Shown: positions 21,249-31,980 of the stretch, one piece after another | How the letters are laid out: every line of letters starts with the position of its first letter | Numbering within the stretch: the stretch's first letter is position 1 | From: Candidatus Methanomethylicia archaeon | GTDB taxonomy: Archaea > Thermoproteota > Methanomethylicia > Culexarchaeales > Culexarchaeaceae | DNA length: 64,000 bases | Assembly (NCBI GenBank): GCA_038727515.1 | Contig: JAVYVS010000005.1 | Location: 32,001 to 96,000, forward strand | Direction: 5' to 3' | Translations under genes and position numbers: made by a program | The notes under the pieces: generated by a model | Database searches by the model: none | The model's input: the letters and a program-made list of their open reading frames with translations, nothing else | What the model was told of the DNA's origin: nothing

Positions 21249-21794
21249 ATGAAAAGCACTTATATACGCTTCCTGATAACAATGTCTAGACGTAATAGCC
21301 CACGTACCAGAAGTTTTTGTAAAGACCTTTCATTTGCATTACCACATTCAATTAAGATTAATAGGGGGAAAATGTCTCTTAATGATTTACATCTAATATC
21401 TCTTCAAAATAAGTGTGATAGAGTTTTAATAGTCAGTACTGCAAAGGGTAATCCAAGGAGTATAACATTTTATTATGTAGATGAGAAGGAACTTATTCAA
21501 ATTAATCCACGACTCTACATTGTTGGTGTAAAACTTATGTTTGAAACGTTAAATGTTAAAAGAATTAAACCAAGTGACATTGTTATATGTTCTTCTGAAG
21601 AGCTTCTTCAACCAGCAATTATATTATCTAAACTCTTAAACTGTAGAGTAGTTTCCGATGCTGATGTTAAATTTCTTTCAAATACAATTTCGATCGTTAG
21701 TTTAAGTAGCGTTGAAGATGGATACTATAATATTTCCTTCACAAATTCACTTGGAGATATTATTGGTCCTACTATGAGAGTTAAGTTTATTTAA
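21249..21794 (+). CDS. Brix/Imp4-domain ribosome biogenesis protein
   Basis: T.SR..S.RTRSF..DL, RGK.SL, KGNP; synteny. Confidence 0.85.
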   Translation: MKSTYIRFLITMSRRNSPRTRSFCKDLSFALPHSIKINRGKMSLNDLHLISLQNKCDRVLIVSTAKGNPRSITFYYVDEKELIQINPRLYIVGVKLMFETLNVKRIKPSDIVICSSEELLQPAIILSKLLNCRVVSDADVKFLSNTISIVSLSSVEDGYYNISFTNSLGDIIGPTMRVKFI

Positions 21795-21848
21795 ATACTC
21801 CATTTAACTTAATTTTATATATCATGATAACGTCTAGGGTTGTTGCTG

Positions 21849-22097
21849 ATGATGTTTGAAGTTGAAATAAATTTAGACCTTAAAGATGATCTTTTTTCAA
21901 AAATAGTTTTTGAGGCGCTACTTCCAGAAGTTTTAAATCCTCCATCAAGTAGGGTTAAGGTTTTTATGAATCATTCTCCACCGAAAATTTCATTATTCTT
22001 CTCTTCCGATAATCCCTCTTTATTAAGAGCAGCATTAAATTCCTTTCTTAGATTAATCATTTTGTTGGAAGAGATTATTAAAAGTCTTAGAATGTAA
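21849..22097 (+). CDS. pcc1: KEOPS subunit Pcc1
   Basis: AL.PE and LRAALNSFLR motifs; lies between Brix and pfdB. Confidence 0.85.
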   Translation: MMFEVEINLDLKDDLFSKIVFEALLPEVLNPPSSRVKVFMNHSPPKISLFFSSDNPSLLRAALNSFLRLIILLEEIIKSLRM

Positions 22098-22153
22098 AGT
22101 TTAATCGCAAATATTTTATTTTACCTTTTGATTGTTTATATGGGGTTGATAGC

Positions 22154-22516
22154 TTGGAGAGTAAATTTCCTCCTGAGATTGAAGAAAGAGTCGCGAAATT
22201 ACAAGATATTCAAGATCAACTAAGGTTAATTTTAATTAGGAAACAGCAATTACAACTTCAATTAGTAGAGTCTCAAAGCGCATTAGAAGAAGTAGAAAAA
22301 CTTTCAGATGATTGTGAAATATACAAAACTGCTGGGTACGTCATGTTTAAATCGTCTAAAAGTAAAATTTTGGAGGAATTAAGGGATAAGAGAGATACGT
22401 TAGAATTAAGGATAAAGACTTTGGAGAAACAAGAAGGGTTATTACGTAAACAATTTGAAGATTTAAGAAGAGAAGTTAATAGACTTTTATCTACAGTTTC
22501 ACAAAGTAATGTATGA
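22154..22516 (+). CDS. pfdB: Prefoldin beta subunit
   Basis: Coiled coils around IYK..G.V.F hairpin; LELRIKTLEKQE. Confidence 0.95.
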   Translation: MESKFPPEIEERVAKLQDIQDQLRLILIRKQQLQLQLVESQSALEEVEKLSDDCEIYKTAGYVMFKSSKSKILEELRDKRDTLELRIKTLEKQEGLLRKQFEDLRREVNRLLSTVSQSNV

Positions 22517-22677
22517 TTACATGATATTTCATTAAACTTTATAACTAGGGTTAAAGATTTTCCATTATTAAAATTCAATTGATTTATTTAGAAGGGGGAA
22601 TCTAATAAAAGGATGTGTAACAGCTTACCTTTACTTGTTTCAAAATTTCTAGGTAAGAATTATTTTAAAGTGTTTAT

Positions 22678-23691
22678 ATGAAGTTAATTGAAGTGGGTCC
22701 TAGTATGGGTGTGAATGATTTAGTAGGAGTTTTTAATAGGTTATCTCCAAGAAAGGTAGCTTTAACCTGCCATCATAATGCTGATCCTGACTCATTTGGT
22801 AGTGCATATGCCATTAGAGAATTCCTAAATAAACTATATGAGGATTTAAATGTTTTTATAGTAGTTCCTGAAGGGTTAAGTTCAGTATCAAAAAGGCTTT
22901 TCAGTATTCTTGGTGATGTAAATATTCTAGAAAATGTTGAAGTTGATGAAATTGACTTATTTATAATGGTAGACTCCATTTCCTTTATACAATTAGGTTC
23001 AATTGGGACTGTTGTGAAGGACTCAAATATTCCATTGATAGTTATAGATCATCATGAACCTACTGAAGAAACTGTTCATAGAGCTACATACATACTGTCT
23101 GATACTGGAGCTTCATCTACCGCTGAGATTGTTACGGATATGTATAGGGAATTTAATTTAGACATCAGTAAAAAGAGTTCTCTAGCTTTGCTTACAGCTT
23201 TAATTTATGATTCTAAGCGTTTTTCTTTTGCTTCATATAAAACTTTTGAAGCTGCTTCATTTCTCCTTCGTCATGGAGGTGATTATAGTTTAGCCTTATC
23301 TATACTTTCAGAACCTATGGATATTTCTGAGAAGATTGCTAGGTTGAAGGGTGCACAAAGATTAAAGTTTTTTAGAATCAATAAATGGTTAATATCCTTT
23401 TCAAATGTAAGTTCCTTTGAAGCTTCCGTGGCTAGAGCATTAATAGAACTTGGTAGTGATTTAAGTATAGTTATTGGTGGAGATGATGAAATACGTGTAA
23501 GTGCAAGATCCACTGAAGCCTTCTATAAAGAGACTAATTTCCATCTAGGTAGAGACCTTATGATACCACTTGGAGCTTTTATTGGAGGTTCTGGTGGAGG
23601 TCATTCTTTGGCTGCTGGTGCTAATGGCTATAAGAATAGGGATATGATACAAGATTTTTGTATGAATTTAATTTTGAGTAAAATAAGCTAA
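22678..23691 (+). CDS. DHH/DHHA1 phosphoesterase (NrnA-like)
   Basis: H.NADPD, IDHH, SSTAE, GGGH..AAG. Confidence 0.9.
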   Translation: MKLIEVGPSMGVNDLVGVFNRLSPRKVALTCHHNADPDSFGSAYAIREFLNKLYEDLNVFIVVPEGLSSVSKRLFSILGDVNILENVEVDEIDLFIMVDSISFIQLGSIGTVVKDSNIPLIVIDHHEPTEETVHRATYILSDTGASSTAEIVTDMYREFNLDISKKSSLALLTALIYDSKRFSFASYKTFEAASFLLRHGGDYSLALSILSEPMDISEKIARLKGAQRLKFFRINKWLISFSNVSSFEASVARALIELGSDLSIVIGGDDEIRVSARSTEAFYKETNFHLGRDLMIPLGAFIGGSGGGHSLAAGANGYKNRDMIQDFCMNLILSKIS

Positions 23692-23759
23692 TTTTATTAT
23701 TAAGATCATTATAGTTTCCTTATGTATCAATAGTAAAATAGTTGGCTGGGGGTTTATGA

Positions 23760-24614
23760 GTGGGGATAATTGAAGTTCATGGATTATCATATAGATATCC
23801 AAACACTTCAAATTACGTCCTAAATGATATTTCACTCAATATAAATGAAGGTGAATTCGTAGTTATAACTGGACCTAGTGGTTGTGGTAAAACTACGCTA
23901 TGTAGATGTTTTAATGGTTTAATACCACATTTCTATGGTGGTGAATTTATTGGAGAAGTTATTGTTGATGGATTGTCTGTTAGAAATACGCCAACGAATA
24001 TTCTATCTCAAAGGGTTGGAATGGTTTTTCAAGATCCAGAATCTCAGCTTTTTTCATTGAGTGTTGAGAGGGAGATAGCGTTTGGACTTGAGAATCTTAG
24101 TGTAAGTAGAGATGAGATGATACATAGGATTAATGAAATTTTGGATTTAATGGGGATTAAACATTTACGTCATCGAGCTCCTTATGAACTTTCTGGTGGT
24201 GAGCAGCAAAAAGTTGCTTTAGCCGCATGTTTAGTTATGAAACCCAAAGTATTAGTTTTAGATGAACCTACATCACATTTAGATCCTGTAAGTGCTTTAT
24301 CATTGATTAATCTTTTAAATGATCTTAAAAATAAATTGAAATTAACTGTTATCATAGTTGAGCATAGATTGGAAGCCCTAGCTCCCATAAGTGACAGATT
24401 TATCATTATGGATAATGGTAAAATAGTTTTTGATGGAGATGTTAGAAAAATTTTCTCATTTTCAAATGCTAACATTATTAAAAGTATCGGTATAGGTATA
24501 CCAAAAGTAATCAGTTTATACTATGAACTTATGGAAAATGGATTGGTAATACGGGATGTTCCTCTAACTCCATCTATGTTAAGAGAATATCTTATGGAGG
24601 TGTTCAAAGGATGA
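23760..24614 (+). CDS. ECF transporter ATPase (EcfA)
   Basis: GPSGCGKT, FQDPE.Q, LSGGEQQ, LDEP. Confidence 0.92.
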   Translation: MGIIEVHGLSYRYPNTSNYVLNDISLNINEGEFVVITGPSGCGKTTLCRCFNGLIPHFYGGEFIGEVIVDGLSVRNTPTNILSQRVGMVFQDPESQLFSLSVEREIAFGLENLSVSRDEMIHRINEILDLMGIKHLRHRAPYELSGGEQQKVALAACLVMKPKVLVLDEPTSHLDPVSALSLINLLNDLKNKLKLTVIIVEHRLEALAPISDRFIIMDNGKIVFDGDVRKIFSFSNANIIKSIGIGIPKVISLYYELMENGLVIRDVPLTPSMLREYLMEVFKG

Positions 24615-25423
24615 TTGAAGTAAATGATTTATGGTTTGATTATGATGGGCATCCAGTGTTAAAGGGGGTTTCATTTGAAATAAGTTCTGGAGAAATTGTT
24701 GCTATAATGGGTGAAAATGGCGCTGGTAAAACGACTCTTATTAAGCATTTTAATGGTTTATTAAAGCCCAAACGTGGGTATGTGAAGATTTTTGGTGTAG
24801 ATACTAGAGAAGTGACTGTGGCTCAACTTTCTCGAAAGGTTGGGCTAATTTTTCAAAATCCAGATCATCAACTTTTCGCAGAGACAGTTAAAGATGAGGT
24901 GTCTTTTGCTTTAAAAAATTTTGGTTTTCCTAAAGATGTTATTGAAGTTAGAGTTGAGAAAATACTTAAAATGTTGGATTTATATGATTTAAAGGATCGT
25001 TCTCCCTTTACTTTGAGTGGTGGTGAACGTAGAAGAGTTACCATAGCATCAGTTTTATGTTATGATCCTGACATTATTGTTTTTGATGAACCTACAGTTG
25101 GTCAGGATTATAGGAATAAAGAGAGATTGGCTAGGTTAATTAAGTTGCTACATACACAATCTAAAACCATTGTCGTTGTTACTCATGATATAGAATTTGT
25201 AGCTGAAAATATTCCCAGAGTTATACTTTTATCTTCAGGTAGAGTTATTGCTGATGGTAGTACACGTAGAATTCTCACAGATGAAAATTTAATTATGAAA
25301 GCTAACTTAGTATTACCTCAAATAACTCAAATTGCTTATTTTCTAAAGGATTTCGGTATTCCTAAAGATCTTTTATGGATCTCTGAAATTAGAGATTCTA
25401 TAATCAAAGTTTTTCGTAGGTGA
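24611..25423 (+). CDS. ECF transporter ATPase (EcfA')
   Basis: GENGAGKT, FQNPDHQLF, LSGGE, FDEPT.GQD. Confidence 0.92.
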   Translation: MIEVNDLWFDYDGHPVLKGVSFEISSGEIVAIMGENGAGKTTLIKHFNGLLKPKRGYVKIFGVDTREVTVAQLSRKVGLIFQNPDHQLFAETVKDEVSFALKNFGFPKDVIEVRVEKILKMLDLYDLKDRSPFTLSGGERRRVTIASVLCYDPDIIVFDEPTVGQDYRNKERLARLIKLLHTQSKTIVVVTHDIEFVAENIPRVILLSSGRVIADGSTRRILTDENLIMKANLVLPQITQIAYFLKDFGIPKDLLWISEIRDSIIKVFRR

Positions 25424-25429
25424 GTGTTT

Positions 25430-26173
25430 ATGTTGATTCTTAAAGCATTTGAATTTAAACGTGGCGATACCATTATACATAAGTTAGATCCACGTGTAAA
25501 GTTTATTTTCTCATTTTCTTGTTTACTATTGTCGTTCTTGTTTGGAAGCGTCATTATACTGTTTTGTATTCTCATAATGATACTTCCATTATTCTATATA
25601 TCAAAATCCTTAGGTAACTATCTTAAAAGTTTAAGGGGTGCTTTATTCTTTATGATAATTATCTTTTTATTAAATTATTTTACCTCTGGTATAGATATGG
25701 CTATATTGATCATTATACGATTAATTTTGATCATGTCTTCCTTTTCCATTTTCTTCTTAACAACCTATCCTGAAGATTTTGCACTTGCACTTGTGAGTAT
25801 TGGTATTCCTTATGATTTTGCATTAACATTTATAATGGCTATGAGATTTGTTCCCACATTGGCTAGGGAAGCTCAATTAATAATTGATGCGCAAAGATCT
25901 AGAGGATTGGAGCTGGATAAAGGTGCTTTTATAACTAAGTTGAAAAATTATATTCCAATACTAGTTCCACTAATTGTAAGTTCATTAAGGCGTTCAATGA
26001 GCGTAGCTGAAGCCATGGAGTCAAGGGCTTTTGGTGCATCTCCTAAGAGGAGCAGTTTAATTGAACTTTCATTTAAGAGGCGGGATTATGTAGCTTTAAC
26101 TCTTATAGTTTCATTTACAGTTTTAATGTTATTTTTAAAGTTTTACTTTCATATAGAAGACTACTTAAAATAA
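25430..26173 (+). CDS. ECF transporter transmembrane component EcfT
   Basis: LDPRVK, RFVP, AQRSRG and AMESRAF motifs. Confidence 0.92.
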   Translation: MLILKAFEFKRGDTIIHKLDPRVKFIFSFSCLLLSFLFGSVIILFCILIMILPLFYISKSLGNYLKSLRGALFFMIIIFLLNYFTSGIDMAILIIIRLILIMSSFSIFFLTTYPEDFALALVSIGIPYDFALTFIMAMRFVPTLAREAQLIIDAQRSRGLELDKGAFITKLKNYIPILVPLIVSSLRRSMSVAEAMESRAFGASPKRSSLIELSFKRRDYVALTLIVSFTVLMLFLKFYFHIEDYLK

Positions 26174-26219
26174 CTTAACAACAAATAACAAATTAAATTT
26201 ATATTAAATTTATATTTAA

Positions 26220-26750
26220 TTATAGTTCACTACCTAATTTCACGCCTTCATCTATAGCTGCTAAATTTATTTCTATCATTCTTGTAACTCTATCTTTTAC
26301 AGCTTTTTTTAAAGCTTCTATTGTTACTACCTTCGTTTTTGAAACTAGATATCCAAGCATCACCATGTTCGCCACAATTCTATTATATTTCTCTTCAGCT
26401 ATTTTTGTTGCTCTTATTTTCAATGCTTTTTTCTCAAGCTCCTTTGGTATTTTAACTAAATCTTCATCTACAATTACTATCCCATCCTCTTTCAATATAC
26501 CTATATTCATATTAAATGCTTGTTGACTCATTGCAACTAGAATATCACATTTATCGATTATTGGGAAACCTATCTTTTCATTTGAAATCGTTACATCACT
26601 TATAGTTGATGTCCCTCTTGCTTCAGCTCCATAACTACCCATTACTGCAGCATTTTTACCATCTATTACTGCAGCTGCTCCAAGTATTTCACCAGCTAAT
26701 AATATTCCTTGTCCACCAAAACCACAAATTCTAATTTTCACTTTTTTCAC
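26220..26750 (-). CDS. 2-oxoacid:ferredoxin oxidoreductase gamma subunit
   Basis: GFGGQG, SYGAEARG, NMVMLG. Confidence 0.92.
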   Translation of the reverse strand: MKKVKIRICGFGGQGILLAGEILGAAAVIDGKNAAVMGSYGAEARGTSTISDVTISNEKIGFPIIDKCDILVAMSQQAFNMNIGILKEDGIVIVDEDLVKIPKELEKKALKIRATKIAEEKYNRIVANMVMLGYLVSKTKVVTIEALKKAVKDRVTRMIEINLAAIDEGVKLGSEL

Positions 26751-27517
26751 CCTATTTGGTTTATATATTCTCCAATAATTATTTTCCCTTCAATATCTTT
26801 CTCATCCATTTCTTTTGCTCTAGATATTGGTATGGAGTTTTCCTTAAACCATTTTAACATTTCAAATGGCTTCTTAAATCCTGCATTTCTACCATATGCT
26901 GTTGGACATTGACTGATAACTTCTATAAATGCGAATTTATCTACTGGTATAACCTTTTTTATGGAATTCTTTAATGGTAACATATGATATGTAGTCCATT
27001 TAGCAACGTACGGTACCTTCATAGCTGCCATTATTTTAGCGACATCCAATGGTTTTTCTGGATTTCCAAATGGGGTTGTTGTAGTTTTTATTCCCTTTGG
27101 CGTTGTTGGTGAAACTTGACCTCCAGTCATTCCATATATCATGTTATTTACCATTATAACTTTTATTCCTATATCCCTTCTAGCTGCATGTATAAGATGA
27201 TTTAACCCTATCCCTGCAAGATCCCCATCTCCACTTATTACGAAAACATTCAATTCTGGTCTCATAATTTTTATTCCTGTTGCTACTGGAATAGCTCTTC
27301 CATGAAGTGTATGTATACTGTCTGCTTTAAAATGGGGTGACGGTATCCATGCTGCACACCCTATGCCACTACAAAATACAAAGTTTTTAAGATCTTCATA
27401 TCCTAACTCACTTATAGCTTTAAATAGTGCGTTAATTATCATTCCATTTCCACATCCTGGGCAGAATGGACTTGGTAAAACTTCCTCTCTAATATATCTT
27501 ATCGCATAATGTTTCAT
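26747..27517 (-). CDS. 2-oxoacid:ferredoxin oxidoreductase beta subunit
   Basis: FCPGCG, SGIGC, HGRA, GDGD TPP motif, YGMTGGQ.SPT. Confidence 0.94.
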   Translation of the reverse strand: MKHYAIRYIREEVLPSPFCPGCGNGMIINALFKAISELGYEDLKNFVFCSGIGCAAWIPSPHFKADSIHTLHGRAIPVATGIKIMRPELNVFVISGDGDLAGIGLNHLIHAARRDIGIKVIMVNNMIYGMTGGQVSPTTPKGIKTTTTPFGNPEKPLDVAKIMAAMKVPYVAKWTTYHMLPLKNSIKKVIPVDKFAFIEVISQCPTAYGRNAGFKKPFEMLKWFKENSIPISRAKEMDEKDIEGKIIIGEYINQIG

Positions 27518-27518
27518 T

Positions 27519-28652
27519 TCAAATCCTCCTTACAATTTCAATTATTTCTTGCGGCATAATTAATTCACCACCTCCTATCTTCGTTAATGATAATACTTTT
27601 GCTTTGCCATGTGTTGAACGTTGTACCTCCCTGACTAATTGACCTAAACTTAATTCTGGAACTATTATCATATTTACCTTATCAGCTAATTCTTCAACTG
27701 CCCAATCTGGAAATGGCCATATGGTCTTTAATCTTAAATGCGAGATTTTCACCCCCTCTTTCTCCAGTATTTCTATTGCTCCATAGGCTGATCTCGAAGA
27801 ACATCCATATGATACTATTCCAACCCTTGAATTATCCTCCAATTTTAATTCATATTCACATATCTTCTTCGAATTTCCCTCTATCTTATAATATAGTCTT
27901 GTAACCAATTTTCTATGAATTTTTGGATCAGAAGTCGCTCTATAACCCCATTCATTATGTGTAGATCCCGTCACTAATACGTTTAATCCCATACCCAATA
28001 ATGGCATTGGAGGGGCTTTTAATGGATCTTCTGAATCGAAGAATGGTTTAGAATCATCAATTGCTACTCTTCTATCTATTATTTCTATTTTTTCTGGAAC
28101 TTCCACAGGTTCAAATATGTGTGCAGTTAATTCATCTGCAAGTAATATCACTGGCGTCCTATACTCCTCCGCATAATTAAATGCTTTTATAGTTAAATCA
28201 AACATTTCTTGTGCAGAATTTGGTGATAATACTATAGCACTATAATCTCCATGAGTCCCCCATCTTGATTGGTAAAAATTTCCCTGAGCTCCTTTACTTG
28301 CTTGACCAGTTGCCGGCCCAACACGCTGTACTACAACTATTACACAAGGCGTTTCCGTCATAAATGCGTATCCTATACCCTCCTGCATTAAACTAAATCC
28401 TGGGCCGCTTGTTGCCGTCATAGCTTTTGCTCCTGCCCAGCTCGCCCCTATAATTGCATTTATAGATGCTATTTCATCCTCCATCTGCATGAATTTTCCT
28501 CCAACTTTTGGTAAAAGTTCAGATAATCGTTCTCCTATTTCTGATGCTGGCGTTATTGGGTATGCAGCAAAAAATCTACACCCAGCAATTATGGCTGCTT
28601 CCGCACATGCTATATTACCTTGAATAAAATACCTTCTACCTCTCTCAAGCAT
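27519..28652 (-). CDS. 2-oxoacid:ferredoxin oxidoreductase alpha subunit (KorA-like)
   Basis: YPITP, EDE, TATSGPGFSLMQE, QR.GP.TG. Confidence 0.94.
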   Translation of the reverse strand: MLERGRRYFIQGNIACAEAAIIAGCRFFAAYPITPASEIGERLSELLPKVGGKFMQMEDEIASINAIIGASWAGAKAMTATSGPGFSLMQEGIGYAFMTETPCVIVVVQRVGPATGQASKGAQGNFYQSRWGTHGDYSAIVLSPNSAQEMFDLTIKAFNYAEEYRTPVILLADELTAHIFEPVEVPEKIEIIDRRVAIDDSKPFFDSEDPLKAPPMPLLGMGLNVLVTGSTHNEWGYRATSDPKIHRKLVTRLYYKIEGNSKKICEYELKLEDNSRVGIVSYGCSSRSAYGAIEILEKEGVKISHLRLKTIWPFPDWAVEELADKVNMIIVPELSLGQLVREVQRSTHGKAKVLSLTKIGGGELIMPQEIIEIVRRI

Positions 28653-28713
28653 TAATTTAACACCAGTATGGCATATTAATTTGTTTTACATTAAATTTTT
28701 TGGTGTATATGAT

Positions 28714-29403
28714 TTGACTTTAAGAGTATTTATTGATGAAAGAGAAAAGAATTGTAAAGTCCCCTCATATTTGAGAGAGTACGGCTTATATATAATATTT
28801 AAACAACTGCCTGTTGGTGATTATATAATTTCAAATGATTGTGCTATTGAACGTAAGAATGTTAGAGACTTTGTTAATAGTGTTATTGAAGGGAGACTTT
28901 TCGATCAAGCTGATAGGCTTTCTCAATCTTATCTTAAATCTGCGATAATTATTGAAGGTGATTTAGAGTATATTTATGGATCTTTAAAAGCTGGAATAAA
29001 AGCTTTTTATGGAATTTTATCATCTATATGGCTGAATTTAGGTGTTGCCTTCTTTTTCACTAGAGATGAGCAGGATACTGCTCAATTAATATACTCGATG
29101 ATCAAACATGAACAGGAGGGATTTAGAAAAGTTATTACGGTAAAAGGGAAGTCAAAGTATACTAGTATTAGTGAAAAACAATTATTAACCGTTAGTAGTT
29201 TTCCTGGAATAGGCAATAAACTTGCCATTAGGTTACTTAATAAATTTGGTTCTTTAAAGAACATTATACTTGCTTCTGTAGCTGAATTGTCAATGGTTGA
29301 AGGTTTAAGTAGAAGTAAAGCTGAAAAACTAGTTGAATTCTTTAATGCTAAATTTGAAGGTTTGAATTCTACTACTAAACAGAGTAAGTTAAATTTAAGT
29401 TAG
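28714..29403 (+). CDS. xpf: XPF/ERCC4 flap endonuclease, short (nuclease + HhH2) form
   Basis: D.RE, GDY, ERK motifs; two HhH; C-terminal QSKL PIP-like tail. Confidence 0.92.
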   Translation: MTLRVFIDEREKNCKVPSYLREYGLYIIFKQLPVGDYIISNDCAIERKNVRDFVNSVIEGRLFDQADRLSQSYLKSAIIIEGDLEYIYGSLKAGIKAFYGILSSIWLNLGVAFFFTRDEQDTAQLIYSMIKHEQEGFRKVITVKGKSKYTSISEKQLLTVSSFPGIGNKLAIRLLNKFGSLKNIILASVAELSMVEGLSRSKAEKLVEFFNAKFEGLNSTTKQSKLNLS

Positions 29404-29454
29404 TTAATAGAAAAACTTTAACTATCAGTATTTATAATCTTTTAATGGATTAAA

Positions 29455-30066
29455 TTGCCACTAGAAGCTATGAGAGACTTTTTTAACATAATCATAACCT
29501 TCATCAGTAAACTTTCATCTATCATAGATGAATCTCAAGTTGAAAAATTAATTGACATATTAATATATGCTCAAGCGGCAAAACACTCAATTTTCGTTGT
29601 TGGTGCTGGTAGATCTGGACTTGTTGCACGTGCCTTCGCCATGAGATTAATGCATTTAGGATTTCAAGTGTATGTAATTGGAGAAACAATAACTCCTGCT
29701 GCTGGGAAAGGTGATGTATTGTTAGCCATATCTGGTTCGGGTAGTACAGGTATAGTTGTTAATGTAGCTCAAGCTGCAAAGAAGGTTGGTTGTACTATTG
29801 TAGCTATAACTTCACATGTGGATTCACCACTTGGTCAATTGGCAGATCACATAGTTTACATTCCTGGTAGAACAAAAGTATCTGAAACCACTGATTACTT
29901 TTCTAGACAAGTTTTAGGTTTACATGAACCATTAGCTCCTCTTGGAACTCTATTCGAAATAGCTGCAACCATATTCTTAGAATCTCTTGTTGGAGAACTT
30001 ATGAAGAGGCTTGGAAAAACTGAAGAAGATTTAAGAAGTAGACATGCAACACTAGAATCTTTATAA
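29455..30066 (+). CDS. hxlB: 6-phospho-3-hexuloisomerase
   Basis: GAGRSG, FAMRLMHLG, GETITP, ISGSG.T, APLGTLFE. Confidence 0.94.
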   Translation: MPLEAMRDFFNIIITFISKLSSIIDESQVEKLIDILIYAQAAKHSIFVVGAGRSGLVARAFAMRLMHLGFQVYVIGETITPAAGKGDVLLAISGSGSTGIVVNVAQAAKKVGCTIVAITSHVDSPLGQLADHIVYIPGRTKVSETTDYFSRQVLGLHEPLAPLGTLFEIAATIFLESLVGELMKRLGKTEEDLRSRHATLESL

Positions 30067-30106
30067 CATGAATTATGAATAAATATTGTTTGTTACGGTG
30101 GGATAT

Positions 30107-30595
30107 TTGAATTCCAATATTTTAATTCGTCCTTCATGGGATGAGTATTTCATGAAGATTGCACATATAGTAAAAGAGAGATCTACCTGTTTACGTAGAA
30201 AGGTTGGTGCTGTATTAGTTAAAGATAAACATATACTGTCCACTGGTTATAATGGTGCCCCAAAAGGTTTACCTCATTGTTCTGAAACTGGATGTTTAAG
30301 GGAGAAGTTAAATATACCTTCTGGTCAGAGGCATGAGCTTTGTAGAGGTGTTCATGCAGAGCAGAATGCAATAATACAAGCAGCTGTTTTTGGTGTTAGT
30401 ACTCGTGGTTCAACATTGTATGTAACTGATTTTCCATGTTCTATTTGTGCAAAAATTATTATTAATGCTGAAGTTAAAGAAATTGTCTATGATGCTCAAT
30501 ATGAAGATCCTGTATCTATGGATTTATTACATTCTGCAGAAATTGTTATAAGACGTGTTCAAATAAAGGATAAAAAGGAATTGTTTATTAACTAA
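30107..30595 (+). CDS. dCMP deaminase family protein
   Basis: [27 protein letters not shown]. Confidence 0.93.
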   Translation: MNSNILIRPSWDEYFMKIAHIVKERSTCLRRKVGAVLVKDKHILSTGYNGAPKGLPHCSETGCLREKLNIPSGQRHELCRGVHAEQNAIIQAAVFGVSTRGSTLYVTDFPCSICAKIIINAEVKEIVYDAQYEDPVSMDLLHSAEIVIRRVQIKDKKELFIN

Positions 30596-30628
30596 TTTTT
30601 GACATATTATATTTGAGGTGTATTTTAA

Positions 30629-30991
30629 TTGAAAACATATATCAAAATATATGGGCCTCCAATTATTGAAGCGTTAAAAGCCCTTGAACGAGTGGCTATT
30701 GAAATATCTAAAGAATTGCCAGAAGTATGTTTTTATGATACTCTTGGAGGTACTGCTTTACCGCAAAGTGATGTTACAGCTTTTATCTCTGAGAGACTTG
30801 GTATCTCAGTTGATGAAGCACGTATGCATTATGAAAAAATGATAAGTAAGAGTGGATGGACTTTAGGGGAGCATGACTTTTATTTTGAATGGACTGTTCC
30901 ACCAACCTTTGAGCAGTTAAAATTATTGATTTCAAAAATTGATGAAGCATTACAACCATTAGGATGTAAATATACTGTGACAACGAAATAA
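30629..30991 (+). CDS. Hypothetical protein
   Basis: 120-aa ORF with GAGGTG SD and host-like codon use. Confidence 0.7.
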   Translation: MKTYIKIYGPPIIEALKALERVAIEISKELPEVCFYDTLGGTALPQSDVTAFISERLGISVDEARMHYEKMISKSGWTLGEHDFYFEWTVPPTFEQLKLLISKIDEALQPLGCKYTVTTK

Positions 30992-31027
30992 TCTTAATTC
31001 ACCTTTTTTATACATTTTTAAAGATCT

Positions 31028-31828
31028 TTAATCATATATTTTGTGTTTTCTTGTTAGTATACTTTCTGCCAATTCAAGCTCTTTTAATGTATTTATTGGT
31101 ATCCAATCATTTCTATCATTTGCATATAGTATTAGACTATAAAGCTTCCCTTTTTCTGCTAATTTTGGTAATATTGTTGACTCATATTCTATTGCTTCTG
31201 CACTATTTATATCTATTAATTCATCTACTAATTGATATACATTTGGTTCAATAACGCACATTCCTATATGAGTTAAGACATTTATAAATGGTTTTTCAAC
31301 AAATCTCTTTATTCTTCCAACTTCATCTATTTCCGCTATTCCATATGGATATGTTGTTGAAGTTATTAATGTTGATGTAGCCCAAATATCATAGTTTTCC
31401 ACTCCATGTATGTGTTGTGCTAAGAGGATTAATGGTAAAAATCTATTTAATTTTAAATCGTCTGGAAATGTTATTATAGCCCTTTTATCACGTTCTATTA
31501 CTCCACTTTTTAATGCATGTTTTAATGCCTTCCCCTTTCCAACTTTTTCCACATTTGGATCCATAGAATATTGTATTTCTACATTCCATTTTTCCCCATT
31601 ACCCGCATACTTCATTATTTCTTCTCCTAAATGTCCTATTAATAACTTGTATTTTTTAAATCCACAATTTCTAAATAATTCTATTTCTCTTTCAAGTAAT
31701 GTTTTTCCAGCAACTTTTATTAATGCTTTATTTACATCTGGTAATCCCATCCTTTTAGCTTTTCCACCTATTGGCATTATTACCTGTGTTGTAGCAGCTT
31801 CATTAATTAATTCTTCAATAGTCTTCAT
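31028..31828 (-). CDS. Sugar-phosphate nucleotidyltransferase family protein
   Basis: GGKAKRM..K.L..VAG, YG, FVEKP. Confidence 0.85.
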   Translation of the reverse strand: MKTIEELINEAATTQVIMPIGGKAKRMGLPDVNKALIKVAGKTLLEREIELFRNCGFKKYKLLIGHLGEEIMKYAGNGEKWNVEIQYSMDPNVEKVGKGKALKHALKSGVIERDKRAIITFPDDLKLNRFLPLILLAQHIHGVENYDIWATSTLITSTTYPYGIAEIDEVGRIKRFVEKPFINVLTHIGMCVIEPNVYQLVDELIDINSAEAIEYESTILPKLAEKGKLYSLILYANDRNDWIPINTLKELELAESILTRKHKIYD

Positions 31829-31980
31829 ATAAACACCCTACTATAACTTTGCCTTTATTTTATTTTTAATGTTTTCACTTGACATTTATATTATACAGTT
31901 AATTGTTAGCCCTAGTAAAGTTTAAGAAAGACTTTATATATTTACTTTCTAGTTTTGATTGTTTGGAGGGTGTGCTGTAC

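Noticed and set aside
22583-22657. Two short inverted repeats in the pfdB-DHH intergenic region
   Set aside because: AT-rich, imperfect or with long loops; expected by chance at this composition
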